The notes under the pieces were generated by a model, which made no database searches, was not told where the DNA came from, and worked only from the letters and a program-made list of their open reading frames with translations. The position numbers and the translations under genes are program-made. This document shows positions 1-14,000 of a DNA stretch of 64,000 nucleotides, piece by piece. Source of the DNA: Microthyrium microscopicum (Eukaryota); the NCBI GenBank assembly GCA_010405405.1, contig MU004236.1, positions 1,680,070-1,744,069 on the forward strand. The letters run 5' to 3'. Within the stretch, counting starts at the first letter, position 1. Every line of letters starts with the position of its first letter.

Positions 1-188
1 TGCTCCCTCCATTGGCGTTTGTAAGAACCCCGACTCGTCCCAACCTCACCCTCTTCAGCATGAAACCCGATTTGGGCCTGGAGACAATGATGAGGGAATA
101 CTTTGACTAATTTGTTTCATTTTGTCTCTCTTCCGAATTCACCACGATCCTTGCTTCCCCTTTCCTTGTCCTGATCCTTGTATTCATT

Positions 189-2096
189 ATGGTCGTGGTA
201 AGATCCGGCATCTTGCGCCTGTATCATTTTCGGCCTAAACCAATTCTATTCTCGTCTCAATGGCTTCTTCAACATCAAATTCCTGTCCAGCGCTTTTCAG
301 TCATATCCAAAACATACCTCCAAGGACCAACACAACCATCTCCAGACCCAAATCCACTCCCTGTTGACAATGAGCTACCCCCAGACTCAACATCTATTCC
401 TAAAGGAGCATGGAAGGGAACTGCTTTCAAAATGGCTGAGAGCGCACTTACTACTCTTGCATCCATAACAATTCTAGGGTTAGTGCTCGATATCATGTTA
501 CACTTGTGTATCCAGCTAAATATGTACTAGACTTATTGGATACTCATATACGTTGTACTATAAGCGCATGGTTCTCGCAAAGATGGAAGTTAGTAGTTTT
601 CGGATGCTTTCTCATCTCCTGTATTGACCATTGCTCCAGAATGCTTTCACGCCTGGCGACCCAGTCCTGGATCTAGCCTATTCACGGGGCGCATCACCAG
701 ATGGGGAGAGCGCAAGTGATCACCAGCATTGGGTCCAACGACCAGAACAATCAGTCATAGACGCCATTATCGCTGGTCGTCTGCAGGAACACTACTACCT
801 GCTCATCGGCGAAAAGGGCGTCGGCAAGTCATCCATGCTCATCGACGCTATGCGTAAAATCGATGGCGAAGGTGTGGCCATGTTTGAAGCGCATGCCGAT
901 CTGGAAATATTTCGCGTCCGGCTAGGCAAATCCCTGGATTTCGAGTACCACGAGGACAACATTGGATCGCTGTTTTCGATACGTGGACCTCGTGATGCAA
1001 GTGCAATTTTGGATATTGAGCGTGCGTTCAATAAGCTGGAGAAAGTTGCATTGAAGCGAAGAAAGGCGGTTGGCAGACCGCTGATCCTCATCATCAATAG
1101 CGTTCATCTGCTTAGAGATGACGAGGATGGACGCGATTTGATCGAGTTGATCCAACAAAGAGCGGAGCAATGGGCTGCCTCGAATTTGGTGACGGTGGTC
1201 ATGAATAGCGACGACTATTGGGTTTACGAACGACTGAAGAACTATGCGACTCGTCTGAAAGTCCTGCCCGTACTTGATTTGACCAAGGATGCGGCGCTAT
1301 CAGCACTCAAATCTTATCGTTTAAGATATTTCAACGAAAATACCTCCAAGTCTATGCTCGAAGAGGTATATTCAAGAGTTGGTGGGCGGGTCTCATTCTT
1401 GAGTCGGGTGGCGAAAGAGAAAAACATGCTGCAAGTCTGCCAGTACATTGAGGAGGCTGAAAAGACGTGGTTTCTAAACAAGGTACGCCAAAAAGAAGAC
1501 CGGATGTCTATTACCATACCTAACAGTTGCAGTGCTGGATACTTGGCTCAGAAATGGATGACGATGTTATGGATCAGCAGAAATTCGCGTCTGCGGCCAT
1601 GGTGCTAGCCAAAGCACTGGTAGAACAAGAAGCAGAACAGCATCTAGACCACCAATCCGACGACGAACAGGACACAGACTCCACAGGGGTAATAACAAAA
1701 TCAGTCAAAGATTCCAAGGGGAACTACGTGCTCCCCTCTCTCCCACTTCACAAAGCTCGCGAAGTCATGACGCGAGCCGACTTCATTCAAGCTTACGACC
1801 ACGACAATATCTTCACCATCAGCGCTGACGGCAGAGTGCGAGCTGATAGTGTGCCAATGATGACTGCCTTCCGTTCCGTCTGCAATGAACCTGGATTCGC
1901 CAAGTTCCTTGAAGACACACTTGATCGCATTAGCGATATCGAATCCTTGGGACGTACGAGAGAACTTACCATCAAGGATCTCTGGAAGGGCGGCAAGTAC
2001 AAACTAATGGTAGCAACTGGCAAAGGATATCCCAGTCACTCCATCGAAATGGAAACCCTGCCCGGCAAAGACGATGATGAAGACGAGGACGACTGA
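189..2096 (+). CDS. Conserved fungal P-loop NTPase/AAA-like protein with N-terminal presequence and TM segment (4 exons)
   Basis: Three ORF segments are joined by GT-AG introns (~479-530, 589-639, 1483-1532). Walker A GEKGVGKS; degenerate Walker B LILIINSVH; hydrophobic segment ALTTLASITILGL; acidic C-tail. Confidence 0.75.
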
Positions 2097-2378
2097 TATA
2101 ATGTCAAGATATGTACATTCCCCTTTGTATTAATAACGCATCCTAGTCTTGTATAACGAGCGTTTCAAAAGCCAAAGAATCGACTGTAAACTCAAGAACA
2201 TTTAGACTTGATTTTTAATACGTACTAGTAATATACGGCCCATCTGATGCGGAGCAACTGGTCTAATAGGACCTTAATAACTCCAAGATGAATGCTTTGC
2301 TCTTCTCAGACCTCCACCGATCATACAGCCCATCGATTTCCACAATTATATTCCGAGTTCATGTCGATGGCAACATCT

Positions 2379-2897
2379 CTACTTATTGTTCTACTCCCGT
2401 CAGCATCCAATTCTTCGTTTCCAAGTGCACTAGACTGACAGGTTTCGCACAAGCCGCATTCTTTCTCCAACAAGCATAAGCATGCGCCGCCTTACAATCA
2501 GAAACCTAAAAACCCATTAGCATCAAATGTCCCCTTCTCCCCTTACTCAAACACCCTCATTACTTACCGCAGCACTAGTCAACCGCACCTGAGGACAAAT
2601 AGCCGGCGCACAATCACACGTTGTGATCGCCTGCGTCTTGACATGTCCATCATGCACATTCTGCGCCACCTTCTTGCGCATATCCTCTGGCTGTGGAAGA
2701 TATTCCGGGTGTCTGTTCCGTGCCTTGACATCAATGCTCTGGTGCATGGGTACACCGTCAATGATTTTGGACTTGTCGCCGGTGATTTTGGTTGGTTTGA
2801 TGCTGGGTGGACTGCCGGGGCCGGAGACGGGCTTTTTGGCGAGATCTTCGGCCGCTGCGAGAGCGAGGAGGGTCAGGATGGGGTAGAAGAATTTCAT
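2379..2897 (-). CDS. Small secreted cysteine-rich protein (3 exons)
   Basis: Signal peptide MKFFYPILTLLALAAA. GTAAGT..CTAAT..TAG and GTCAGT..GCTGAC..TAG introns join CDCAPAICPQ...VSDCKAAHAYACWRKNAACAKP-NNK*, giving six Cys. Confidence 0.7.
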
Positions 2898-3463
2898 GGC
2901 TGCGGTTGCTTGAATTGGATTGTAACGAGTGTGGTGATGGTTGCGATGGTGTTAAGAATCGGATTCGTTGGATGTAGTGTTGAAGACGAAGGAAGTTGAA
3001 AGAGTTGAAAGATGAACTGAGAAAGCCAGCAGACTGGTCTGTTGCAGTAAAAAACAAGCATTTCCAAATCGAGGAATACAAAATTGCGGGTTGCAATATA
3101 TTTTTCTCTAGATCCATGCGTCTGATTGCTCAGGTGCTCTGAGTTGTATATTAAAAGGGCTGGGAATATATATTTGGTAGCATTATGCCCGACCATCTAT
3201 TTGCCGCAAAATTATGGTCGAGGCCGACCCCAGGAACGAAAGAATTAGCAGCGAGCAACTGTAAGATTAATTACTAGAGATGATCTTATATTTGTTCTGG
3301 AATGTGGCATCACTAGTTGTTGTAATATTGGTGTTTGAATTTGGATTACTGAATCATGAGTTTTTTACCACCAGAGAAACCACAAGAACCTACAGGCAAT
3401 ATACCGCACTACAAAGAAGCTGACTGTAAAGACAAATTATCCCCAATCCGTATCTAGCTTTGC

Positions 3464-4300
3464 CTATAGCCTAACCTTAGATTTCAAGTCCTCTTTCCAA
3501 ATCATCATTTCCTCAAACAGAGCCATCACTGCTTGAACTGGATCCTTATTGCTCGAAATAGACAAGTCGGAGTCCGAGCCGTCTTCCGTGTCCTTGTTAC
3601 TTGTAGTGGCAGTGTCGGATACTGTACTAGCCTGTTCAGTTGCCTGAAAAGGAGCCAGCGATGCTCGATTGCTGTCTCTAATTAGAGCAGCTACTTCCTC
3701 GAGTTTAGTGGTAAATTTGGCCCAGACGTCGCCCGATGATCCCTCGTGAAGTAGTTGTGAGTGTCTCAAAGATTCGACTTGCTTCTCGAGTCTTTCTATC
3801 TTGTCATGTGCAGCTCCACACGCACCGCAACACGCCTGCTGCTCCTGGAGTGTTTGCAGTGGCGTTCCAGGCAAGTGTGTATTGGGCTGCGGGTGAGCGT
3901 CCCGATCCAAGTGATAACCGCTTCCAGATGAGTCCTGTGGGCTGGGAGGCGTTTCAGGCAGGTGTGTATATAGTGATGCGTATTGGCTGCGGGTCTTGGA
4001 TTGTGACCCGGTTTTCCCTTCAGGGTAACGATGGATTTCGATTGAGCCATTTACGATAGGAGGTGTCCAGTCATCGGGTAAGGGGGCTGGATACTGTCGT
4101 TGCTCTGGCTTGAAGGGAGCAACGATTGCTGCCGGATCTGGAAGTTGAGCTAGAGGAGTAGGTGTTGAGACTGATGGGGAAACATCGTCTTCGTGGGGAG
4201 GACTCTCCTCTTGAGGCATATTGTTGGTAGCCAAAGGTAGAAGGGGAAGAGGAAATATCAAAGTTCCTCTCCAGGGCCTTGGCTCACTTCCATCAGACAT
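3464..4300 (-). CDS. Hypothetical Pro/Ser-rich protein with CCGAC motif and coiled coil
   Basis: ~278-aa uninterrupted ORF from ATG 4300; no recognised domain. Confidence 0.55.
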   Translation of the reverse strand: MSDGSEPRPWRGTLIFPLPLLPLATNNMPQEESPPHEDDVSPSVSTPTPLAQLPDPAAIVAPFKPEQRQYPAPLPDDWTPPIVNGSIEIHRYPEGKTGSQSKTRSQYASLYTHLPETPPSPQDSSGSGYHLDRDAHPQPNTHLPGTPLQTLQEQQACCGACGAAHDKIERLEKQVESLRHSQLLHEGSSGDVWAKFTTKLEEVAALIRDSNRASLAPFQATEQASTVSDTATTSNKDTEDGSDSDLSISSNKDPVQAVMALFEEMMIWKEDLKSKVRL

Positions 4301-4960
4301 AGTGAAGGTAGATGGGTTGTAGATGATGAACAAGCTTGGAGGGAATGTTTGTAGAGGAAAGTTGAAGAGAATAAGACTTACTCGCAGCTGGGGGACGGCG
4401 GGTTCTTATAGTACTCGCAGGAGTCTGGTCGAGGTCAACCATTAAAGAAGGTTCGACCTATCCGTGGTTTATGGAAGGAACCTATGACTGTTTCATGCCG
4501 TACAGACTGGAATGAACGGGCTGTTCGTACCTACCATGTCTTAAGGTTGATACAGGTTCAGAAACTACCTACTACCAGAAACACTGCGATGATTCAACTC
4601 GATGGTTTAGTTCTCCGGTTAGTCTTGTTTTGAGTTGGGTATCTCCGTACTCGTGTAGTATATCTAACCAACGCTTGAGGACAACGAATGTGATGGGAAG
4701 CCTGTCACCTCTTTCCCGTCAAATGCTTTACTTGAGAGCTATCGGCAATACCCAAGTACTTACTACTCAGTGGTTCACGGGCACATATATTGGTAGGATG
4801 GGCAGCGGCAACGCACATTTCTAGTCAAAAATATGCCATTTGAGAAACTTAAAATATAGTATGGTAGAAACATGATTTAGCGTAGAGATACTGATAGCAA
4901 AGACAAAGATTTGGTACATATCTTGAATAATAGTCCATATGTTGACACTAGCGCGGCTGT

Positions 4961-7900
4961 CTACCTATCATCCTCACCACTAAGCTCTTCTCCTGCATCC
5001 GAAGACTCGGCATAGAATTCAGTCGCAAAACGAGTCCACTGTACACTCCCGAGCGGTTTCTCTTCCATACTAGCGAGGCCATCACCCTCTGACCAGCCTT
5101 GCCATGAATTTAGCGTAGTTAGATGTCGCATCGTCGGACGACCATGAGGACAGTTCCATGGCTTGTCAATCTCGCCCATGTGACGCACAATAGTATCCAT
5201 TTGCTTTGGCGTCATCGTTCTACCTACCATGACTGAGCTACGGCAAGCGCGCATAGCAAACATTCGACGCACTTTGCTTGGGCGTGGCACTGAAGAGCCT
5301 GCATGATCACTCAGCAGCGCAACTAGCTCTTCAAGGTCCCGAGAGTCGAAGACAACCTCTTTGCTCATGGGTAGGCTGATTAGTTGGCACCGACGACCGA
5401 CTGGGTGATCACCACTTAGGTCCACCTCGATAGTGAATCCATTTTTTGAAAATGCTTCGGGGTTATTGATGATGATTTCTTCCTCTAGAGCGGTCAGGTC
5501 TAGTCGTTTTGGTCGAACTAATGGTTGATTTTGGACCACTGTCGTTGCTTGTAGTCGCTCAAAATTATACTTTTCGTCTGATGCGTGTTGATCGACGATG
5601 AAGACCTCATCCGAACTCCTTCCTGCAACCCAGGTAGATGTTTTGGCCGCAGACTGATCGGGTGGGCGCACCGCGATTATGAATCCTCGGTTGAATTGAC
5701 CAGTGATCCTCATTCGACTGAAATCTTCTTTGGCAACGGTCAGGGATAGTCTTTCTTCCACAGAATCTGCTTCAACATCTTCAAGACTTTTCGCATGATT
5801 CGAAGCTGCAGCAGCTTTGTCCAGCCGGGTCCTTAACGTTTGCATCTGATCCTCAATCTTGGACGGCGTGGTGTCGAGGGTGTGTTGTAAATGCACCGTT
5901 GCATCTCTACGAACTTTAGACCCGAGCATAGATGCTGCTCGCTTGAGGTTGTCTGCTGTAGGTCTTGCAGCTTGTTCTTCCGCTTCTGCAATCATGCGAG
6001 CAACTTTGGCATCCTCACGCCTTTTCTTTTCTGCTTCATCCACGTATTCACCATCTGAGTCACTTTCTGGGTCTTGTAGTTCTGCGGGAGCGCCAGCCTC
6101 TACGTCTTCACTGGCCTCTGTCTGGTCATCATCATCTGCTTCTGTGAGCTCTGGGGCAGTAATCTCATCAAATCTGGCCGGAAGTTCTTGATCCGAGTCT
6201 ATCAAATCATCAGTGTTGAGGCTGCTGCTCGTTTTGTCTCGCTTTTCTTTCCGCTTCTGTGATTGCACAGCAGCTTCCAGATCCATTTCATCCATTGAAA
6301 CATTAGCCATTTGACTCCCTGGTGCTGCAAATGATCTCAAACTTTTGAGGAGGATGGGTTTTGCTGATTGAGCGGACTTTGGTGAGCCTGAAGCTGGTGT
6401 ACTAATCTTCCGCCTTTTTGAGGACACTGGACTACCAAGAGTTGAAACTGTGGTAACATCACCTATAGTTACCGTCACAGTCTCATTTTGGTCTCGAGGT
6501 TGACGAAACCTCTTGAAAGAACTGGAGATTCCTCCAGAGTCTCGAGGTCTAGATCCAGGTGTTGTCGATGGTATTGGGTCTTCAGCATCTCTTGTTCTGG
6601 AACCCGTCGGGGTTCCGGTGACAGTAGCTTCATCTACCGCTGATATGGGTAAGGACTTATGCGGTAACGACTCGGGTTCAGAAGATTTGGTAGCATCGCT
6701 GTGAATCTTGTTGATCGTTTCGAAAGCTCGATTAAACTCCTGAACACGCTTGGGGACCGGCCCGATGCTCTGAGTGGGAGTGCTGATACTATCGTCTATA
6801 CTCAGCGACTCTGGTGGGGGCATTTTTAATGATGCTAAGCCCTTTCCTTTAGCCGGCTCTTCCTCCGTCACTTCAGGCAGCTCTTCATTTGGGTCATCGA
6901 CCGGCAACGATTCTCGCGTGATCGCCTCTTTCTTCTTTGGCGCAGCGTCTACTGTTCCTCTGTCCACAGTACCCCTTCCAATGAATTTACGCATCAAGCT
7001 TCCTGGAGGGAGCATGTTGGCATCGTCAGAGGAGGTCGGTGGATCCGATAACGCGGTAAACCGTTGCTTTTCAATAGCAGACTCCTCTATTGTTGGGCCA
7101 CTGACGGCTCGAACTGGAGTATCTCGATTGACAGTGAGTGGCTTGTAAGCAGGTAGTTTGCTGTTGAGTAACTGTGATTGAGGAACGCTTTGATCGTGAG
7201 CCTCAAAAAGCTCCGTCAGATTAGTCTTCAGTGCCTCCAAAAGAGCCGTTTGGTCATGAAGCAGAATTGTGCGCTTGTCCGGAGAAACATTAACGTCGTA
7301 AGAATTAGTATCCATAATAAGATTCGCAAAGATAAATGGTGATTGTGTAAAATTGTACGCCCTGTAGGCCTCATTAATAGCTTTGGCGAGCTGAGGAAGA
7401 GCACACGGGCGAGAATTGACAAAGAACATTTGTCGATCTGGCGCTTGTCGTCCTTCACCAACGACAGGTCTACTGATGTGCCCCACAAGCTGTATTTCTC
7501 TGGAGACAACATCGTTTTGTGTACTCCAAGTCCTGGCGGACTGACTGGGTAGCGTGCTTGGGTTAAGATCGAACTTCAAGTCCAGGGCAAGTAAAGAAGA
7601 TAACGCTTTGGCGCTGAACACGTTTGCAATGTTTTCGCGTGTCGATGCATTTCCTTGGGTCGAAAAGACAACATTTTTCTTGCTTCGAATGGTTAGTGGT
7701 GACAAGCAAGATTGATGTAGTCGAGCTTACCCCTTAGTGGGAGAGTTGCTCACAATGAATCGAACATCAGTGCTGATGCAAGCGTATGCATTGAGCAGGT
7801 TGAGAACCTTTTGGTACTCTCGTTTAATGTTTCGCTCTAGCTCTTTCCGCCGTACTGGCAAGTTCTTGAAGATATTCTCGACGGTCACAGTTGTGCCTTT

Positions 7901-8482
7901 CTGCCCAGCAACAACTGATTTGCTCTTGACTTTCCCGGATATTTCAAATTCGAGTTTCGTTCCTTTAGGTTTGTCGCATTCTCGGGCCGTGGTAACGTAA
8001 AAGGTGGAAAGTGCGCATAACGATGAGAGCGCCTCACCACGAAACCCAAACGTATTGAGCTTGCCGAGATCTGCATACGACGAGAGTTTCGATGTATGAT
8101 GCTTTAGCGCTGGCACTTGATCAGCCAAAGCCTATCATTCAGTGAATAGAAGTCACCTAGAGACTCAAAATCGTCAGGCCCAATACCACTGCCATTGTCC
8201 TGAACCTCAATGGAGTCCAGCCCATTATTTTTGAACCTAATTTCTGTTTTCATCGAAAATTAGCCCCGCAGTATACATCATTCTCTTAGCGTTTTTCAAT
8301 TTACCAATCGAGGTGGCATGAGCATCAAGACTGTTCTCAACAAGCTCCTTGACCACGGAGTTGAGATCAACGATGACTTGACCCGACTGGATCTGGTGAA
8401 CCTATGACAATTTAGTTGTTATCCTAATTATTCCAGACAGCTCACATACCGAACGCCCCTCGATGGGTTTGATAGTGGCCAT
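4961..8482 (-). CDS. PMS1: MutL-family DNA mismatch repair endonuclease Pms1 (PMS2 orthologue), 5 exons
   Basis: [11 protein letters not shown] start, [31 protein letters not shown] endonuclease motif, ACRSS, CPHGRP; four short introns within ~7683-8449. Confidence 0.96.
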
Positions 8483-8526
8483 ATCAGCCCATGATCGATG
8501 ATGAAGGGGGTGGAGATGGAGGGGAA

Positions 8527-8537
8527 ACGCGTCGCGT
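8527..8537. promoter_or_regulatory. MCB-like (ACGCGT) cell-cycle element upstream of PMS1
   Basis: ACGCGTCGCGT lies 45 bp upstream of the PMS1 ATG; MCB boxes are typical of G1/S DNA repair genes. Confidence 0.5.
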
Positions 8538-8911
8538 ACCATTTTAGGCACGGCTTCGCGCCATCACGAGATCAGCTCCTCAACTGAGTCTTCACCCCTT
8601 TCCGATCTAGGAAGTTTATTTACCTTTTTTACTAATCTTCTTTATTCACACATGTAAATTTCATGTTATCTGGGTTTTCTTCACGCAATTTTCAAAGACG
8701 AACACCCTGAACAATCGAAAAAGACATGGGAATTCTTGCAGAAGCACAACGTAAATCTGAAGCAAACTTCAAGGAGGACCGTGTTAAACATGTGTAGGTA
8801 ATTTCATCTCGCATTCATCATATTCACTATCATCAAGCACGAAACCAAAAGTACAAGAAAGCAAATGCTACCACCCTATGCAAAGCGCAAAACACGATAA
8901 GAAATTCTTCC

Positions 8912-10422
8912 TCAAAACACCACCAGCTTGCCATCTTTCCCTCTCAATTTCCACCCAACCTCTTTTGATCTGGCCATCACAAACGCTGCTGTGCCAAAGA
9001 CATAGCAGACAGTCGTAAAAACTGCAACCCCAAGATATCCACCATCACAAGCCTTCAACAGCATCCCCGCAATTGGAATCCCCGTTAACGTCCCAAAAGA
9101 CACCAATGTATAACAGGTGGCATAATACCGACCATATTCCCCAGTACTGCACAGCTGCCCTACACAGACCGGCGTCAAAGAGATATTCGCTCCACTCGCA
9201 AATCCAAACAGTACCGCAAATGCGACTGTCAGCGGCAGCACCGTATTCTGTGCACTCATTTGTGTCGCTGGCACCCATAGGCCCACAGCGGCAATTCCGC
9301 AGAGCACGAGTAGGACGATCATACTGTTGAATCTCCCCACGCGATCAGCAAAGAGTCCTGGTACAAAGCGGCCCAGTACACTCCCCGCATTCAACACCGT
9401 TACCAGCACAGGCGCAAAGCCCGCTGGCGCAGCATGTGTCGAAACCGCAAAGCTAGCAATATACGCGATCGGAACGAAAAGTCCCCACTCCATGAAGAAC
9501 ACGCCTGCCGTCGTCCACGCGAAACTCGGTCTCTTAAGGATCCGTAGATCAGGCAAATATTGCGCCAATCCGCGTGTCGGCCTCTTGCTGTAGACCGTAT
9601 TGGCGCGCACAAGCACAATGCTCAACACACACAAAAGTCCGACAATGAGAGCGAGAATGCGCGTTGCCCACGCCCAGCCGACGCGTGGAAAGAGTACAGA
9701 TAGCATGAGTGGGAAGATGATGCCGCCCATTGCACCACCAGCCGCTGCGATACCGGTGGCAAGGGCGCGGCGGGCTAGGAAGAAATGCCCGACGGATGCG
9801 AGGGCGGGCGTGAAGATTAGGGATGTGCCGGCGCCACAGAGGATGCCGGTGGATAGGATGAAGTGCCAGTAGGCAGTGCTGATGCCCATAAGAAGGATGC
9901 CAGCGATGAGGCAGATGGTGCCGCAGATGAGCAGGACTTTGGGACCTTTGACGTCGAAGATGGGTCCGATTTGAAGACCGCCGAAGAAGGAGAGGAAGAC
10001 GTAGAGGCTGAAGATCCAGCCGATGGAACTTTCGCTTTGGGTGCTTAGTTGGTGGGTCATGAGGTATTCTTGGAATACACCGACTAGATTAAGGTTAGCG
10101 GGAGGGGTTGTATGCTGTATGTGATGCACTTACTTGTTGCCATGAAGCCAAAGCTGGCCATGTTACCACTGAAGGAACCTAGGACTACCAACCATGCTCG
10201 CGTTCCACCCTCTGGGTACGTGCGAGTGCTTATATTGCGATTGATAACAGGCCGTGATGGAACGGTACGAATCTTCTCGGCCGTTGGGACGGTGTCGTCA
10301 TGGCGTGTGATCTGAAGATAGATAGAAGAGAGTTCAGAAATGGATTCAACATCGTGATGATGGTAGGCAGTGGTAGGAAGTTCGATGGGTCCTGGCGTGC
10401 TGCCGTTGAAGAACGTGGTCAT
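8912..10422 (-). CDS. MFS monocarboxylate/riboflavin transporter family (MCT, Mch4/Mch5-like), 2 exons
   Basis: YPEGGTRAWLVVLGSF, GVFQEYL, GPIFDVKGP, ADRVGRFN, about 12 hydrophobic segments; intron ~10085-10134. Confidence 0.9.
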
Positions 10423-11093
10423 GTACCAATAGTAAGAATATATAAGTGACAATTTATATTGATATCCAAAAGATTGTTTTGTGGAAGTTTCGAATATTGT
10501 TTAATTGTTTGTTTTGGTGTTTCGAGTCTTAGTTGGCGATATCTGATGTCTTTATGCCATCCCAAACTCAGTGTTATTTCAAAGTACATTGCCATCTGCC
10601 TGGAAAACTTTTATCCCATTACTCGATCGACAATGAATATACCCATCGGATGACTAGTGAAAAGGCAGTAACAGCCAAATAGCGTATGTGGATGCACCAT
10701 TCGACCAATGAAAAATTACGATATGTTCGTCGATGCGCTTGTCGGAGTCGCCCGATAAGGGAATCCTCAGAGCCCAGCAGTGAACTGTGTTGAAGTCGGC
10801 CCGCCCCGACAGCAAGCCAACCAGAGATCAGAATTCCAACGTCACATTGCATACTTAAAGGTCTAGGCGGGGAAATATGGGAGTTGAACACTCGTTCGGC
10901 CTGGTTATTATTGACATTTTGAAAGTACGTTGGTTATACCAGGCAACTACTCAGAGGCAATGAAGAGGGCGATTTCTAGCGAAAACAGGCTCAAAGCAGC
11001 CTGGATGATGTTTCATTGCTTCGTTCTTCTATCTCATATCTCGTCAACTCGCTCCATGCACCAAAGAGTGTAGCCACCCAAGTCATACAATAT

Positions 11094-14000
11094 CTATCCA
11101 ACAGTCTTTCGATTTTCCAAGTAGATATCACCACCTTCACCTTTGACCCATTTATCCCATGCGATCTCATATGCTTCCTCCAGGTCGCGTACCCATCTTC
11201 TAGTGTCAAAGAGACCACTAGTCCACCGTCCTTCCCACAACATCTTTCGTAGTTCAGCCAAACGTCCTTGAGGTCGGTGGCGGCTGTAATGAATGTTCTT
11301 GGCCAATCGTACTGCCTTGTTTTCGTAGTCTATCTCATCATTGGCAATGAGTTCTTGTGACGCTAGTTTGCCTTCCGGAGTCTTGGGGAGAGCTCCTTTT
11401 AATATGCTGGCTGCCATGCGGCTGCACATTTTGTAGTCATAACGTGGATATGTTAGCAATGGAGTGCCGGACCACAGAATATCCGCGGCTGTGGTATGGG
11501 CATTGCACTCGGGAGTATCTAAGAAAAGATCGCAAACACGAGCACGAGAAATGTGCTGTTGTTTCGGCGCAACATCGGTGAAAATGACGCGATTGGCCAC
11601 AGAAGAACCGACCCATGCGTGAGCTGTTTTCTTGAGGTACTGCTCGCCAAGGTCAGGGAAGCGAAGAAGCCATAGAACCGCCTGCGGAACGCGATCCAAA
11701 ATGCGGAGCCAAGTGCGGAAGGTTGTCGGTTCAATCTACTCAAGTTAGCTACGAAACAAATATGGGCTCAAATGGGCGTACCTTGTAGAGCTGATTGAAG
11801 TTACCAAGGATGATGGCATCATCCGGGAGATCTGGGAAAATCTCCTTCCGCATTGCCCAGCGAGTTGCTTGCTCCTCTTCCCAATTGATTCGCTTTTCCT
11901 TGGCATCTGGTGCACTTTGACGATGATCGCAACAGAAGAATGTGTCACGACAATAGATAATGTTCTCTCCATAGATCCAGTTGTCTACTTCAGCGCTTGA
12001 AGTTTCATCACGGACCTGATCTTCAATCTCAATATTTCGGCGCCAAGGTCGTAAAGTTGATGTTGGTACAGCAGTCTCATCAGCAAGAAGATAATCACAC
12101 CACTCGGCTCCTAGTGTTCCCGCGAATCCCATGAAAGACATCTGGATAGGTGCTGGTCGAGCCGCAAAGACCTCATTCCGCGCGCCGCGAGTATAACCGT
12201 TGAGGTTGACAAGGATATGAATTCCATCTTCCATTATCTTGTTCACAAGCTTCTCAGCGGACCAAGTGCTGGTGTCATAGAACACCGGAGCCTCGCGTTC
12301 GATTTGTTGTCGATGCACCGAGTTGTCGCTAGCAGTGGTAGCATAACAGTGAGCTTTCACTTTTCGGGTGTTGTGAAGCCCAAAGACAGACTGCATAAGA
12401 TGGGCGAGGGGATGGTTATTGAAATCAGACGACAAATATCCGACTTTGAGGTATGGATTTGGTGGAGCCGGAGGTCTGCTGACAGTTTCCGAGAGCCAAG
12501 GAGCCTTGAGCGTCGAGGTCGAGATTCGCAGACCATTTCTTTGAGATATTTGTCTGATCTGTTTCGCGGACATTGGACTTGTAAAGGTATGGAATGGGAG
12601 AACCGTAGGAGCCGCAGGAACCGGGACTGATAATGGTAGCTGAGGTCTCCGATAAGCGGTGGTTGGACGCTTTGCACGTTTGACGTAAAGGTCTTGGAAC
12701 CATTGCCAGGTCAAGCGTTTTGTGGCCCGCTCGATCAATCGTACGGCTCGTTGTCCTTCCCACTTGTGACCAGACCAGGTCTTGAGATTCTTAACAAGAG
12801 ACTCTGATCGGTTTTTGAAGTCGGCTGGATCCTTGATAGTGATAGACAAGGCATTCAAAATTTGATCGACGAAAGGCATGGTGACAATGCCTTGACCCCA
12901 TCGTTCTCCGGTGGAAAGTTGCTTATCTACGAGATCCACAACGCGTTTGATCCAGCCTGAACTGATGGCTCCTGGAGCTGTGGCGTCCTTGAGCATACCT
13001 GTAGAGTCGACGTGCCAACGATCTCGAGAACCTCCATCTTCCGCAATACCGCCACGACCTTGCCAGCCACAAACGGAATTAAGTGCATTCGCAAGGCCAC
13101 AAACGGCTTCAGCAAAGTCTGGGCTTGCGTCGACGGCGCGCTGATAGAATTGAATGGCATCTGCAATACGTCCTTGATCCTTGACAGCGTTGGCAAGATT
13201 TGCAAGAGCAATGTCGAATTTGGGATCACATTTGACAGCTTCCTCATACATCCGGATTGCAGTAGAGAGTTGACCAAGGTCCTTGAGCAAGCTTCCTAAG
13301 TTAGTGTACAAGTGAGCGTGCTTTCGATCAATATTTAGGCCGTAGTTGTAATATGCAAGAGCCATGTGAATCCCAGTGCCAGGTACCACACCTGGAATTT
13401 GCGGAATGTTCTCATGATGTTCCAAAATTGCAAGCATCTTGGGAGTGACCGTTTGCTGTAAGCCAGCCAACAGAATACCAACGTTGTTGGCTGTAGAAGG
13501 ACTCTGTTGGAGAGACAAAGAGAGGTAGTATAGGGCGAGAATCTCGCGAACTCCAAAGCTCATCTTAAAAGGCATTTGTCGAGGTGAGCTTGAGGCCATG
13601 CCATCCTGAAATATCTTTGCAAGAGAAAGCAACGAATTACTAGTTGTTGCTAACGCATTCTTTATTCCAGGGGCTCCAGAGGCAAGATCGCGAAGTCCTG
13701 GTAAGCTTCCGCTTGGCGGGAAGCAAAACTTCAAAGTCTCCAGTGCAAAAATTGGCGGAATCAACAAAGGCTCATCTGATGGAGGACCTGGGGGCAAACC
13801 AATTTCTCTGGATAGGACTGCGAGAATATGTCGAACCAAACCATCGATGGTGCCAAAGTGACGTCCTACGGTGATCAAAACAGCTTCTTCAAAAGCCTTG
13901 GCGGCCCCAACTGTATCTCCTGACGCATAAAGTAGATTGCCTCGGGCATGAACTAATGTGTGAATTCGTCCATTGTCTGTACCAGGGATCGTGTAACCAC

